The notes beneath the pieces were generated by a model. That model ran no database searches. It saw only the letters and a program-made list of their open reading frames with translations, and was not told the origin of the DNA. A stretch of DNA of 54,048 bases, counting the filler, from Sphacelaria rigidula (taxonomy: Eukaryota): the NCBI GenBank assembly GCA_964200075.2. It is 2 parts of 2 records of this genome, joined end to end, with 100 filler letters (N's around TTAATTAATTAA, not from the genome) between each part and the next. Parts side by side here need not be neighbours in the genome. Positions count along the whole stretch, not along the records: positions 1 to 26,990 come from CAXNAA020000125.1; 1 more part is not named here. The stretch is one strand, 5' to 3'. A program made the translations under genes and the position numbers. The first letter of the stretch is position 1; every line of letters starts with the position of its first letter. Below are positions 13,301 to 26,990 of the stretch, in pieces.

Positions 13301-16300
13301 CAGGCGGTCATCAAAGGAGACAACACCCTGGTAGCTCGGATAGTGAACGCAAAGTGCTTGTACGGGTATGAGTACTTGGGCAATACCATGCGCTTAGTCA
13401 TCACCCCCCTGACGGATAGATGCTATCGCACAATGATCGGAGCAATCGATTTGCTCTACGGTGGCGCGCCGGAGGGACCAGCTGGGACTGGCAAAACCGA
13501 AACTGTGAAGGACTTGTCCAAGGCGGTAGCCATTCAGGTACTCGTGTAGAGCACGCCAATGATGTCATCTTGCTCCGAAACCCTTGCAGAAGACGATTTT
13601 TGCGAACCTAATTTTGTGTCATCCAGAATGTTCTGCTGACAAAGCGAATGCTCATTGTTTCGGATTCCAGTGCGTGGTCTTTAACTGCTCCGATGGAATG
13701 GACTACCTCGCCATGGCGAAGTTTTTCAAGGGCTTGGCGGGATGTGGCTCCTGGTGCTGCTTCGATGAATTCAACCGCATCAATATCGAGGTGGGAAAAA
13801 TATACAGGTGCTTGCAGTCGGACGGGGGAAAAACAGGCCATAGCCAGCACTGATACGTCCCCCCACACATTTCTCGTGGTTGAGGTAAATGCTCTCATGT
13901 GCGCTTGAGCGATCTCTTACTGAAGCGATATGCGCCGACACCGCCGTCGCAGGTACTCAGCGTGATTGCGCAGCAAATCCTGACCATTAACAAAGCGAAG
14001 AAGGCTGGGGTGGAGAAGTTTCACTTCGAGGGTACCTTCATGAAGATAAACAGTAATGCTAATGCGTTCATCACCATGAATCCGGGATACGCGGGACGCG
14101 CGGAGCTTCCAGACAACCTCAAAGCTCTGTTTCGCCCATGTGCGATGATGGTCCCAGACTACTCTCTCATATCCGAAATTCGCCTATACTCGTTCGGGTT
14201 TGAGGATGCGCGAGAAAATGCGCAGAAGCTGGTTAGGGTGCTGCAGCTGTGCTCGGAACAGCTATCCAGTCAAAAGCATTACGACTATGGTATGCGCGCC
14301 GTCAACTCCATTTTGGTAAGAAATGTCCCACGGTAGGACCGCTGCACCTGTTGTCCATCTGCCCAAATGGGTTGTGCAATCCGTATAGAAGCACACCATT
14401 CGCCCCGGTACTGTCAGCGGCGATTATATATAATAAATTATTAACTCAGTCACTAACAATGATAGGCACTCGCTCGCAACTTCCAGGTCGCCGCCGGCAA
14501 CCTCCGCCAGCAATTGGGCAATGATCCCAGCTGGACGGAGGCGCGGATTGTGTTGCGTTCGGTGAATGATATCAACCTCCCGAAATTCACGGTGGAAGAC
14601 TTGCCTCTCTTCAAGGGCATCACAAGCGACCTCTTCCCTGGTGTCGATCTCGGCGAATCAGACCACGGACCTCTATTGGAAAGTGCTCAGATTGTGTGTG
14701 AAGAAGGCATCGTAATTTCCCCAGGGCAAGCGCTCAAGTTAATTCCGAGACCGTCATGGATGAAAAAGGTGGTTCAACTCTATGAAATGGTGCTCGTGCG
14801 TCACGGAGTCATGATCGTCGGGCAGACAGGTTCTGGGAAGACAACAACTGTCCATGCACTCGCAAGTGCCATGACACGGTGCTGCGAAGAGGGATCGGAG
14901 GATTTTGAGCGTGTCCAGGTGTGTGTATAACCGACGTTGCCTTTGCACAAAACGCCTCGATACGCGTGCCGTCATTTCGATAATATGTACGATCGGTTTT
15001 TGATCAACATGTCCAACTTGGCCCGTCAGGTACGAACAATGAATCCGAAGTCCATTTCGAGCGGACAGCTGTACGGAAATTTTGACGACAGTACCCATGA
15101 ATGGAGCGATGGGATCCTGGCCGTCATCTACCGCAACTGTTCGAAGGACACGTCTCCTGACCGTAAATGGTTGATGTTCGACGGGCCCGTGGATGCCGTT
15201 TGGATCGAGAACATGAACACAGTACTTGACGACAACAAGAAACTCTGCCTCATGAGTGGCGAGGTGTGTGTATCGCCGTGGTCTAGACGAAACGAATCGT
15301 TCAGTCGTGCACAAGTCACACTTGATTCGAGGCACTGACTCTCACCCAATGTTGCGACCGGCTTGACTTTCAGTTGTACTCGGTACTCACGAAGTGTTCC
15401 ATGATGTTCGTTCGCAACACGCAATCTCTGTTGTAGATCGTGAAGATGAGTGACTCCATGACGATGATGTTCGAAGCTGAGGACCTTGAGCAGGCGTCTC
15501 CCGCAACTGTTAGCCGCGTTGGAATGATCTTCTGCGAAATCCGAAACTTGGACTGGCAACCTTTACGAGACGTATGGCTCAACAGCCTACCTGTCACGTT
15601 CCAGGAGCATCGTTCTCTCATTGCAGGGCTATTTGATTGGCTTTTCCCGGCCGCTCTCTACTTCACACAGAAACAATGTGTTATTCCAACGCCGGTCACC
15701 GGTCAGGTGGGGTGTACTGCGGGTAGTTTCACTGACCTTGCGATACTGACCATGGGTATTGAGACATAGCCTTTTCTGACGAAAATATTGTGTCAGCAGG
15801 CACGCTCACCAAGCACTGACCCCGTGGTGCTCGTACTTACCGAGAGTGGTCGGCAGGCGACATCCACGTGCGTCGCGATCTACTAGGTTATGTGTTGTAC
15901 CCATTGCCTGGCATGCGGATCAAGTGCGGTCGTCGTGACACCTGCGCGACGTGTTTGATGTTGAACACGTTCGTTCCATCACTGGCAGCAGATATGTTGC
16001 ATCAAGATTACACCATCGAGGGTAAGCCCCTGTGACTTGATATGTAAGGCCGATGATGGCCTTCGTGACTTGTGCTAAACTTGTCTCTGCTCCCTGTTTT
16101 TTTCGTCGATTTCTGTCTGCAGGAGCTTGCAGCATCGCTCATTCGCCTCTTCGATGTTTTGTTGGATTCTCCGGACGGATTCGCATCCGATATGAGTAGG
16201 GTCCTAGAGTGTTTGTTCGTCAAGTCCCTAATTTGGTCCGTGGGGGCTTGCGTTGATAGCAGAGGGCGACAGCTATTCGGAGACTACCTCAGAATGGTGA

Positions 16301-19300
16301 TGGAGGACAGAGGCCTGGAAGCTTCCGATGCTCATCAGGATTTCCTTCTGAAAAACAGAGAGTGGGTTCCACGTGATAGGCCCATCGGTCTCCTACCGCC
16401 AGACGATGGGACCTTATTGTACGACTACAGGTTCGACGCCAAGAAAGGGCAATGGCAACCGTGGCTGGTGAAGGTATTTTGAAAACTTCAATCACCTTCC
16501 CACAGTATACATGCCTGAGTTATGACACTGAGCCAAGTATATTTATGTCAGCTACCAATAGTTGTTTGAGCATGGTAGAAGAAATCGCGTTTCCCCATCC
16601 AAAGCAATGCTTGACGTTTAGTCAACTATCCGTGCATTCTGACAGGGCGAGAAGTTCGTGATACCGCGCGATGCAACCTTCAACAGCATCGTGGTTCCCA
16701 CCATGGACACTGTGCGGAACGAGTATCTTATTCATACGTTAATCACCCACGGTCACCACGTGTTATGCACGGGCGACACGGGCACTGGAAAATCCGTAAC
16801 AGCCAAGAAGAAGCTTCTCTTTGGAATGGGGGAGAAATTCAGCACGATCATGCTGAATTTTTCCGCCCAGACATCCGCTAACCAGGTACGGGCCGGGCCG
16901 GCTGTTGTTTATATTGGTGTGATGTGATGAAAATGATGCTAGCTGTTATGAATCAGATACCCGGATGCATGTTGCCATTTTCCGTCCCTCGTCGAGAGAA
17001 CCACCTCATTCGCCTGCTCCCGTACTCTGCACCCGCACCTGCAGACGCAAGATATAATCGACTCGAAGCTTGACAAGCGTCGCAAGGGAGTCCTGGGCCC
17101 ACCATTAGGAATGACATGCGTCGTATTCGTAGATGATCTAAATATGCCAGCGAAGGAGACCTACGGTGCTCAACCTCCCGTAGAAATTCTGCGTCAGTGG
17201 ATGGATCATGGAGGATGGTACGACCGGAAGGAGAACACATTCCGCCAACTGGTCGACATCCAGTTTGTTGCTGCGATGGGTCCGCCCGGCGGAGGACGTA
17301 CAAGTATTACTCAGCGCTACGTTCGTCATTTCAGCTTGTTGAACTTCGTACCTTTCAGCAACGAGTCGCTTCAGCGAGTGTTTGGCACTATTTTGGAATG
17401 GTACCTACAGCGAGGATTTAATTCTGCAATCAAACAGGTGCTTGCTGTTGATGTTCACGTATCAAACTAGAATTAAATTTCTTGGCCGCTCGAGTTTTCA
17501 GTCTTTTAAGTTACATTGATCATTTAGCCGAAAGCTCGAGATGGACATTCGAGCATATCGATTGCCGGCTCGAGGGCATGACTGTGCCTCTGGTGTAAAC
17601 GTCACATTATGCTTCTATGTAGACTTGTTGTTACCGCGTATTCTAAGCCATACTATACGTACTTGAAGCACCCGCACATGCTGCCCCACACGCCTAGTCG
17701 AATGGTTACCCAGCAATTGTTTGCCTGACCAACTCCCGTATCACCGCACAGGTTGCGGCAAATGTGGTAACTGCGACGCTGGATATCTACAACACAATCG
17801 CCGATAACTTGCTACCAACACCTGCTAAAAGTCACTACACGTTCAACTTACGAGATCTTTCAAAAGTATTCCAGGTAAGAATATTTTGGTTCAGATCCAC
17901 GTAGCCCATAATCTGCAGTACGCAAACCAAGCAGGTCATACATTCCGCAATGTTGCCTCGTCATTTTCAAACCGATACAAGATACATGTTGCCCATGTAG
18001 GATTTCGGCTATCTCGCACGAAAAAAAACAACGCCAGCCCTGGCTGTTCGTCACATGCGATTCGTTTCTTATGTGGAGAGTGGCGAGACGCACGTATGGC
18101 ACAACTCATCACACACCTGTCTCGGATGACAGACGGCAGAGGCATGACGTTTAAGCCTTTGTAGTTTACAATGTGGTTCTGTTTGCGTGCGTTTCTGTGG
18201 TCAAGCGTCCCCTTCAAATCGACGACATACAATTGCATGACGATGCTCTTGACAAGCATTGCTGCTGCCTGCCCCACCCCCGGGGTGTACAATCTTGCCT
18301 ACACATCCACTCAGAGGTGTCATCGAATTACTGGAAATGAAAATAAATTTTGTTGTCCATATCCTGCGCCATAAGAATCTGGTGGCTTAGCACCATATTG
18401 TCATTTCTGCGGAATATCCTCCACCCACCTTATTTATCTCTTCCTTTTCTTTTTTTCACGTCTTAGTCGACTCTGTTGTGCTGTTCTACATCTTCTGTCC
18501 CTTCTTTTTCTTCAGCGAGTGTTAGGGTACGTCTATCATGTGGATAATGACCGCGGCTGGATCATTACTCTTGGGGCGTCCGTTAAAGTGCGACAATCAA
18601 TCAATCATATCAATCCACGTTGAATTTGTTTCCTCGTATATCCAGGGTGTTCTTCAAGGAAATGCGAGCCTCATTTCTGAAAAGGAGCAGTTCGTTCGAC
18701 TGTGGAGTCATGAATGCCTACGGATATTCCATGACCGACTGGTGGACGACAGTGACCGGACGTGGTTTAACCGCATGCTTGTGGAGAAGGTGAGATAATT
18801 TCACTCGGGCAGACTCTATCCTGCAGCCTGTAGACAAAGACTTGTGCGAGGATGGAGTAATGATGATCGACTGTGCACCGATGTGTGTGCGCGTCAGGTC
18901 AAAGCTCACTTCAGTCTGGATTACGAAAGCCGCGTTCGAGGGAAAAATGAAGTGTTGCTGTATGGAAACTTCAGTGACCCGAAAGGGGGTAAGGTGAGAT
19001 GCGCTTTGCTGACGAGTCATGGAGCCGACCGCAGTTATTTCCTGGACCCGCTTGTGGGAAAATAATAGGCGTGGAGATCAGCTCTATCTAGCACACGTTA
19101 TCTCACTGGATGGGAAGATCGAGGTCTGACGATAGAGAAATATGTTTTTGCCATATAGAGGAAACTTTGCTTGGACATGTGACAATTCGAAGATAACAAG
19201 AGGAGGGCTTCTCTCGGCCATTTCCGTCGAGTCCGAGACCTTTGTAGCATTGCCGTTAGCGACACGTTTTCCATTGTATTCCCTTCCATTCACAGTTGTC

Positions 19301-22300
19301 AATCGATGTCAGACGAGGCTTTAAAGGTGCTCTCCTTGACCATCTAGTGACGACTTGACAAAAATCCAGATTTTCTCAAGTTTTTTGTTTCAACGTGCTT
19401 CCCTCTCCGACCTTTTTTCTAATACGTCGTTCCTAAGGTATACCAAGAGATCGACGACCATGAAGCTCTGGCGAAAACTATGGAAGACTATCTGGAAGAT
19501 CACAATGCCATGACCAGCAAGCCAATATCTTTAGTGCTTTTTCAAAATGCCATTGAGCACGTGGCACGTGTGAGCCGAATAATATGCCAACCAATGGGAA
19601 ATGCACTCCTCGTGGGCGTTGGAGGGTCTGGCCGTAAGTCCCTCACTGTTCTCGCAGTCTCCATTGCTGACTTCAAGCTATTTCAGATCGAGATATCGAA
19701 ATCCTACGGCATGGTGGAGTGGAGGGATGATCTGAGGAAGGTGTTAACAATGGCCGGGGCTGAAAACAGGTGAGATCAACCGCACCTTTCGATCACGGAT
19801 TACGGTGAATAAAAAGCATTCTTGTCTCGATAACCTGCTTCTTTCACGCCTTGTCTCTTGTCAACAACATGACGCGCACAGAGCCACGGTTTTTCTCTTC
19901 GACGACACGCAACTTGTTCATGAAGCATTTTTGGAAGATATCAACGGCATTCTTAACACGGGCGAAGTCCCGAGCCTGTTCAACAATGAGGAGATGGTGG
20001 CAATCAACGAGGCATTGACCAAGCCTGCGCAGGTAGCTTTTCTCTGTGCAATAATTCAATCGGATGGTGTCGTAGCTACGATCGTAACTCTACCCATGCC
20101 GCCCGCGTCTAAAGAGCAACAAAAAAATAATCGCGTTAAAGCTTGTACCAATCATGTACCCATGGGGTTGAACTACAACGCTACCGCCGCTTCGCTCGTG
20201 CAGGCAGCTGGGATCAACACGGGATCTCCGGCTGAAGTGTATGCGTTTTTCATCGAAAGGGCGCGCACCAATCTGCACGTCGTGCTATGCCTCAGCCCCA
20301 TCGGCGATGCGTTCCGCACTCGTTTACGCATGTTCCCGTCGCTGGTGAACTGCTGTACCATCGACTGGTGAGGTGTGCCCAGAACAAATCGTGTTGTGGA
20401 CGCGAAGATGACCGTAGAGCACCGTATACCGTCCAGCGACGTTTCGGTTTTGACCCGTGTGACTCTTTTAGGTTCACAGCGTGGCCGCAAGAAGCACTCA
20501 AGAGTGTTGCAAGACATTTTCTGGACGCGGTGGATATGGAAGAGGCAGTCAAAGCCGGCGTCGTGGATGTGTGTGTCGACATGCAGCAGCGTGCGCGAGA
20601 TATGGCCGAGGATTATCGAACGGAGATGGGTCGGTATTACTACGTGACGCCAACATCGTACTTGGAATTGATCAATACATTTAAGGTGACCGAACGACCT
20701 GCGCCTTCAGGTTTGTATCCCTCGTGCGCCTTTTGCACCGATCTGCTGCGAGGATGCGTTGCCTTGGATGACGGGATACCGCTAGTAGTTATTGCCAATC
20801 ATTGCACCCCCCCGTCCTACCTTGCAGAACCTTTTACACAGACAGAGACGGAGTGTTCAAGATCGCAAAGAGCGCTACGATAATGGCTTGCTCAAGCTGG
20901 CAGATACAGAAGAGCAGGTCGCTCAGATGCAGGTCGATCTCGAGGAATTGCAACCCAAGCTAAAGGAAGCAACTATCGCTACGGATGCTCTTCTCGTGCA
21001 AATCGCAAAGGACACAGAGGTTGCCAACGAAAAAAAGGCAATTGTGGAGAAGGAGGTAAGTTCAAATAATGTAGCCGTTCGTGTCAATGCACGGCTATTT
21101 CGGAGAAAAATAGCCGTACGCGCTGATTGCGGTCGGGAAACGTATTTCAACTGACAGGAAGTCATTTGCAATACACAAGCGGAAGAATCAAGGGCTCTGA
21201 AAGCATCGTGCGAGGCGGATCTTGCAGAGGCGTTGCCTGCGCTGGAGTCGGCTGTTTCTGCGCTCAAGAGTTTGTCTAAAGGAGACATAGTGGAGGCGAG
21301 TGCGAAATAAACCGGACGACCATATCACAAACCGACGGTTATGTGGAAGCCAGTTTGTCCAGCGCTCGCACTGACCTCTGAAAACCGATGCATGTTACTG
21401 GCGTTACAACGGGCCCTCAACTGCAATCGCTGTTGAACCAGGTCAAGGCAATGAAGAAACCTCCGGCGGCCGTGAAGCTTGTCATGGAGGCTGTGTGTAT
21501 AATGATGGGTGTCAAGCCCGACAAAATCAAGGATCCCAATGGGGGCACAAAAAAAGTAGACGACTACTGGGGTCCTGCTCAAAAACATCTATTGGGGGAC
21601 TCGCGATTCTTGCAAAACCTCATGGACTACGACAAGGACAACATGGACTCGGCTATGGTTGAAAAGGTGAGCAAGCCAGCACCAAAAAGGATTCGTATCG
21701 CAGTCCGCATTTTCGCAGGGGATTATAGGAATGATTGCTTTTAGAGCACGGTCAAGGACACAGTAATCGTCGGTCTCCGCTTCTGGTCGTAGGCAGCGTT
21801 TCGACGTGCCACGCTGACGAATCTTCGTTTTTGCAGCGTTCCTTGTTCAGTCTCGATGAAAATGGATAGCCGTATCACAGATCACCGTGTCTTTTTCAGG
21901 TTAAAACGAGTTATACGGATGACACAGACTTCGACCCTGACAAAGTGAAAAAAGGGTCGGTAGCGGCGGCTGGGCTTTGCAAGTGGGTCCATGCCATGGT
22001 GGTGTACAATCGCGTTGCGAAAGTTGTGGGACCGAAACGAGAAGCGCTCGCAGAGGCTGAATCAACACTGGCGCAAGCGATGGCAGAGCTGGGCGAGAAG
22101 CAGGCGATGTTGAAGGTATTTTTAGTCGATTCCCTGGGAAAGCTCTACGAGCACACTGGGTCGCAGTCTGCACGGTGCACCGTCGAGAGCACATGCTACT
22201 GAGAATGTACGTTGATCCTGTATCCTAGCGAAAATGTACGATAACTGTGTATACATGGTGGACCTGTGATCGTGACGATGCACGTGACCCGATTATAATA

Positions 22301-25300
22301 GGATCTAATGGACAAGCTTGCTACGCTCCAGCAGCAGCTGAAGGAAGCAGAGGACAAGAAGATTGCTCTGCAAGACCAGGTATGACGACTTCATTCAGAT
22401 GTGTTATTCGTCGCGAGCTGTGGGTATGGTGTTTGCCGCATCGTTTGACGAGGGTAGCTTTCATTTGCGTCTACATCTTCTCTGTTGCGACCCCTCCTTT
22501 CCGTCCTCCTCCCGTTCGTTCATCGGCTCTCAGGTGACAGATTGCGGAAACAAACTGAGAAGAGCTGAGCAACTGATATCAGGACTGGGAGGGGAAAAGA
22601 CAAGTTGGGCACGTTTCTCTAGCGAGTTGCAAAGTCGTTATGAGAACGTCACAGGTCAGATAGCTGTGCACAGCGTTACAACTGCCGTTGTTTGTCGTCG
22701 GGAAGCTGTCTTGTTCAGCAGACTTGTAAATGTTGCTGGAGGGATTTGAAATTGTGCACGCTTTGCACGAGTTGTTGCGTTGTGTCAGGCGATCAAAGCT
22801 GCGGAAACGCCGGTTGGCCTCGCTGTTGTGCCCAGCCACTGAAGAGGACTGGACTACGTCCAAAGTCCAACTTTGCTACCTGGCAGAACCTTGCAGTATA
22901 CACAGCAAGCAGACATATTTCTGCTGCCGACGTAGAAGTCTCGAACACGGGTAAACTATTTCCCTGACAAGACCATATGCTGTTTCGGCGCAGGCGACAT
23001 AACCCTATCTGCTGGCTTAATTGCATATATGGGCGCCTTCACGTCAGCATATCGAGAACAAGCTGTATCCCAGTGGTCCAGGCTTCTGGGAGCAAAGTGC
23101 ATCCCGTGCAGCGAAAACTTCCGGCTAGAGACGACGCTAGGCGATGCGGTCAAAATTCGTGGATGGGTGATCGATAAACTCCCAAACGATAGTTTCAGTA
23201 TCGACAATGCCATCATGTTGTTTGAGAGCAACCGATGGCCACTTATGGTCGATCCTCAAGGACAGGCGAACAAATGGGTCAAGAAACGAGAGACTGACAA
23301 TCAGCTGAAGGTGGTCAAACAGAACCAGGTGCGCTGATACGTGAAGCCACGGAAGAGGAATCCATTTCGCGAAGCCACAAGGAGAAATCCCTCGGAAATG
23401 AACGTGACGCATTGCTTGCACCTCGATCTTGCCCACAGAGCACACTACCCTCAACCCCTTTCTGGTGTGCTCCTCGTTCCCCAATAGGCCAGTTTTGTAC
23501 GGGCGATCGAGAACGCAATCCAGTTTGGGTCTCCTATACTCCTGGAAAACGTCCCGGAAAGCCTAGACCCTGTACTTGAGCCAGTGTTGCTCAAACAGGT
23601 GGTGACGGTCGGTGGGATCTCGACACTGCGTCTCGGGGACAACAGTGTGGAGTACGACCCGAACTTCCGCCTATACATCAGTACGAAAATGACCAATCCC
23701 CACTATCCTCCGGAGTTGTGCGTAAAGGTGAGCAAATGCTCATCCGACCGTGAGCTATTCGAGCATAATTTTTCGAGATGAGTGTGAAGAGCGGTGCAGG
23801 AATTTACTCTCTCTCATGTAGGATCCCAACGCTGTGCAAGTGGAGAGTATCGAGGTAACTCATACCTTCATTCGCAAACTAATTGATTCCTTCTCGATAC
23901 CATGCGTAAAATACTCCAACTCGCGAAATAACCCCCATGGATACATACGATTCTCGCTAAAACCCACTAGTCCAGTTAGTATGAAGTCCTGCTCACAGCA
24001 GATAGTATATGAGAGCGACCGATGACCACTGGAACTTGGAGTAAAATATTTTTGCTGCTGAACCATGGTGGCCAATTGACCAACCACATCCCCTCTACAC
24101 GCCGTATCTTATGGTTTGCCAGGTTAACCTTCTGAACTTTATGGCCACACAAGAAGGCTTGGAAGACCAGATGCTTGGAATAACGGTGGCAAGAGAAGAA
24201 GCAGAACTGGAGGCTCGTCGAGAACAGCTTGTTCTGGAAGATGCTGAGAACAAACGAGTACAGAAAGAAATAGAGGACACCATCCTGGACTTGTTGAAGA
24301 ACAGTGAAGGGAACATCCTAGATGACGAGGTGAATGAGTTTCGTGGTGGCTTCATTGCTGTTGCACGAGAGCCGTTCTCAGTGATAGAACGGTACCGTTT
24401 TTGTTGTTCCAAACGTTTGTTCAAAGCAACGGGAACTCGATTCCGTCGGAATTCATGAACACTCTGACAATCAATCCAGTGCGAAAAATCTTCAGGTACT
24501 GATCGGGACATTGGCGCAGTCGAAGATCACTTCGAACATCATTGAGCGCAAGGTAAAGGAGGCTGGCAAGACACAGGAGACGATTGCCAAGACGAGAACT
24601 GGGTACATTCCAATTGCCTTCCGTGCTTCTCAGCTGTTCTTCTGCATTGCAGACCTCGGCAGTGTCGATCCAATGTACCAGGTGAATCCCACACTCTCGG
24701 CACGATGTCGTACAGGTTGAACGAGTGTAAAAAGGAATGTCGACAACAGCTGGATTGTTGACTTTCAACGTGCCAGTGATATTTTTCAAGCAGTGCTGTA
24801 CTCAATGATGCACGTAACAAACTGGGGAATCGTGCCGTGTTGATATCATTGGAATTCGTCCCTTCTGTTGTTCTGCGCTGCTGCCGGTCCCTGAAGTATT
24901 CACTGGAATGGTTTATCACCTTGTTCGAGATGGCGATCGACAAGGCGACTAAGGCGCACATCCTCGAGGACCGATTGAAGAACCTCAGTGACTGCTTCAC
25001 AGCACTTCTGTACACCAACGTGTGCCGGAGCTTGTTCGAAAAGCACAAACTGCTGTTCTCTTTCCTATTGTCGATTAAAATTATGCAAGGAGAAGAGCGC
25101 ATAGATGGCCAGGAGCTGCGTTTCTTCTTGCAGGGCGCGACAAGCCTGGATCTTCTTGAGCCCAATCCCTTCGCTGGTGGTGAAGGCTGGCTATCAGATA
25201 AGACTTGGGGTGAGATCATCGCTGCCGGGGCACTCACCACCATGCAGGGTTTTACGGAGGAGTTCAAGTCAAATCTTGATTCTTGGGAAAGCGTGTTTGT

Positions 25301-26600
25301 TGCTTCGGATCCACTCGCTGAGATTGATGAGGTCGTCGGTGACGGATATCACCGGTTCCAGAAGCTGTGCCTGCTTCGCGCCATTCGCCCAGATATGGTC
25401 ATCCCTGGTGTACAAAAATTTGTGGCTGAGGTGAGATTGATGTGCCGAACGAATGGATAGCTTGTAGGTTTGTTAGTACGAGCACATTGTTGACGATTTT
25501 GGTTCTGCAAACGCCCACACAGCACAGCCAACAACCCGCTTGGATACTACGTTTCTGCTCAGCTCGTTGCATAGTCATCTTCACGGTTCTTTGCTTGGGT
25601 TGCAACATTGCTTTGTGACCAAAGCACAGCGTTATTGTACTGTAGATCTACGCCAGAGTCCGGTACATTTCCACCCCTATTTGAACATCGCGGCTCAGGA
25701 AACTGCGATGTTACGGGATTGCAGAATTGAGAAACCTACCGTATCTCGGTATCGAACGCGTGTTTGCGTTGCGCCGTCGCGTTTCCGGTCGACTCGTGCA
25801 GGAGATGGGCACCAACTTCATCGAGCCACCACCATTTGACCTACGAGCATGCTATGAAGACTCCACGTGTTCGACACCATTGATCTTTGTGCTTACACCA
25901 GGAGCTGACCCTATGACCGAGCTCATGAGAGTTGCTGAGGAATTAGGCTTCGGAGGAAAAAGGCTCGCGTCCATTAGTCTTGGACAGGGCCAGGGGCCTC
26001 TGGCAGAGGTCAACAGAACAATTACTTGAAAATTTACACATGAATATTTCCTTCCATGAGGATAAGGCCTTGAATGCAACATATTGAATGTAAAAGGGGT
26101 TTTATAGCCAGAGCTCAGTTTGACTCGCCCTGTAACACCGGGTCATTTCTAGCAGGGTTGTTACGCGCTCCCACCACCTTCAGTAACGTTAGTGGGTTGA
26201 TCGACAGCAGGCCGTGAAAAAATCTGTTCGACTGCTGAAACAATGCTTCCACTAAAAGTAAGAAATTTGAGCTGGTGTCAACTGTTTGCTACACTCCTGT
26301 GAGGACCTAATGTGAGCGTAGTGGTCTTCCCTCTCGGTATATCATCGTGGCTTGTCGTGACGTGACTGCTGTGTGCCGCAGACCGCTATATCCGAGGCAG
26401 CAGATGGGGGCACATGGGTATGCCTTCAGAACTGCCATCTATGCATATCGTGGATGCCAACGTTGGAGAGGTTATGCCAGGAGCTAACTCCAGATCGAGT
26501 CAACGATACTTTTCGCTTGTGGCTGACTTCTGAGCCAAGCCCTCACTTCCCGTCCTACATCCTCCAGAATGGCGTCAAGATGACGAATGAACCCCCGAAG
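1333..26600 (+). CDS. DNAH1: Axonemal inner-arm dynein heavy chain, DNAH1-like; 49 traced exons, 3'-truncated at the scaffold gap; start codon uncertain
   Basis: Exons traced by splice sites and reading-frame continuity: 1333-1938, 2152-2826, 2942-3067, 4157-4354, 4712-4927, 5330-5463, 5698-5947, 6073-6258, 6431-6553, 7205-7255, 7375-7485, 7611-7697, 7913-8048, 8193-8353, 10552-10695, 10816-11037, 11158-11322, 11518-11628, 11860-12063, 12600-12800, 13019-13537, 13671-13790, 13953-14315, 14487-14918, 15030-15263, 15437-15706, 16123-16473, 16646-16885, 17045-17437, 17752-17874, 18646-18789, 18898-18993, 19438-19769, 19882-20032, 20204-20367, 20472-20685, 20828-21055, 21158-21295, 21442-21666, 21900-22115, 22302-22379, 22534-22654, 22994-23328, 23488-23727, 24123-24329, 24496-24681, 24897-25430, 25802-26008, 26382-26600. 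Dynein hallmarks: [158 protein letters not shown]. The N-terminal LPLEIFD...RFNLLFD segment resembles the DNAH1 (dynein d) tail as I recall it. Confidence is high for dynein heavy chain and moderate for the DNAH1 subtype. Confidence 0.95.
8405..8608 (+). repeat. Family A copy 2, in a dynein intron, ending in a (GAACACACA)n tail
   Basis: Near-identical core gtgaccccggctgatgcgcctacatataccgaaaggtgtagactggcgtccagaata and a 9-mer tandem tail at ~8570-8608. Confidence 0.8.
9353..9665 (+). mobile_element. tRNA-derived SINE-like element, family B, copy 1 (dynein intron)
   Basis: Starts cgcgccccggtggtcta. Shares tctgatttcc, ctgagtttgtt and gggagagatgggtcgatcccttgggaccacggactcgccccgagga blocks with the copies at 29470 and 52255. 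Confidence 0.65.
12083..12338. mobile_element. MITE-like element in a dynein intron
   Basis: Inverted termini gagtcatgctacgatag+G-run (12086-) and C-run+ctatcgtagcatgactc (-12334). Confidence 0.7.
13019..14315 (+). other. Dynein AAA1 module exons (principal ATPase site)
   Basis: Walker A GPAGTGKT at 13475-13498, Walker B CFDEFNR in exon 13671-13790, and [11 protein letters not shown] in exon 13953-14315. Confidence 0.95.
14487..20367 (+). other. Dynein AAA2-AAA4 module exons
   Basis: P-loops GQTGSGKT (14820-14843), GDTGTGKS (16772-16795) and GVGGSGRK (19615-19638), plus [19 protein letters not shown] and [12 protein letters not shown]. Confidence 0.93.
20828..22654 (+). other. Dynein stalk coiled coils and microtubule-binding domain exons
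   Basis: [63 protein letters not shown]. Confidence 0.9.
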
Positions 26601-26754
26601 GTATTTCTTGTCGGAATATCTGTTGCAGGTGCACAACGACTAGCTTGATTGCCTAGAGATGTTGCACAGTTGTATTGCTTTGCGGCAATCGGTACTAAAA
26701 TGGCCACCTACTCGTTCTGGTGATGACACACGTGGACAGATAGCACCCTGTGGA

Positions 26755-26927
26755 GGGGGTCTACAGGGTTTTACGTACCCTGCGCAGTGTTTCTGGCGGG
26801 AATTTTACTGTACAGTGTTTTCCAGCGTAGCACAGGACGCTCCACAGGGTTTCCCTACAGTGGTCATGAATAGTGTGCATCATAGGGTTCCTCTCCACAG
26901 GGTTTCTCTGCAGTGGTCATGAATAGT
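26755..26927 (+). repeat. Short degenerate tandem repeat before the gap
   Basis: ctccacagggtttc...cagtggtcatgaatagt occurs twice, and cagggtt occurs several times. Confidence 0.6.
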
Positions 26928-26990
26928 TCATCGCTGGTGGGAATGCTGTGCAGTGTGTTTACGCACAAACACTACTCTTCACAAGCAGCT

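Noticed and set aside
19615..19638. Arg in place of the Walker A Lys in AAA4 as an inactivating mutation
   Set aside because: GVGGSGR is a normal AAA4 form in single-headed inner-arm dyneins.
22839..22865. Hammerhead ribozyme (CTGAAGA-GGAC...GTCC)
   Set aside because: The stem is followed by AAAG rather than the required GAAA, and there are no convincing stems I and III.
24539..25267. 242-aa minus-strand ORF, and similar antisense ORFs over dynein and 42216-43252
   Set aside because: These are antisense shadows of real + strand exons, with no independent motifs.
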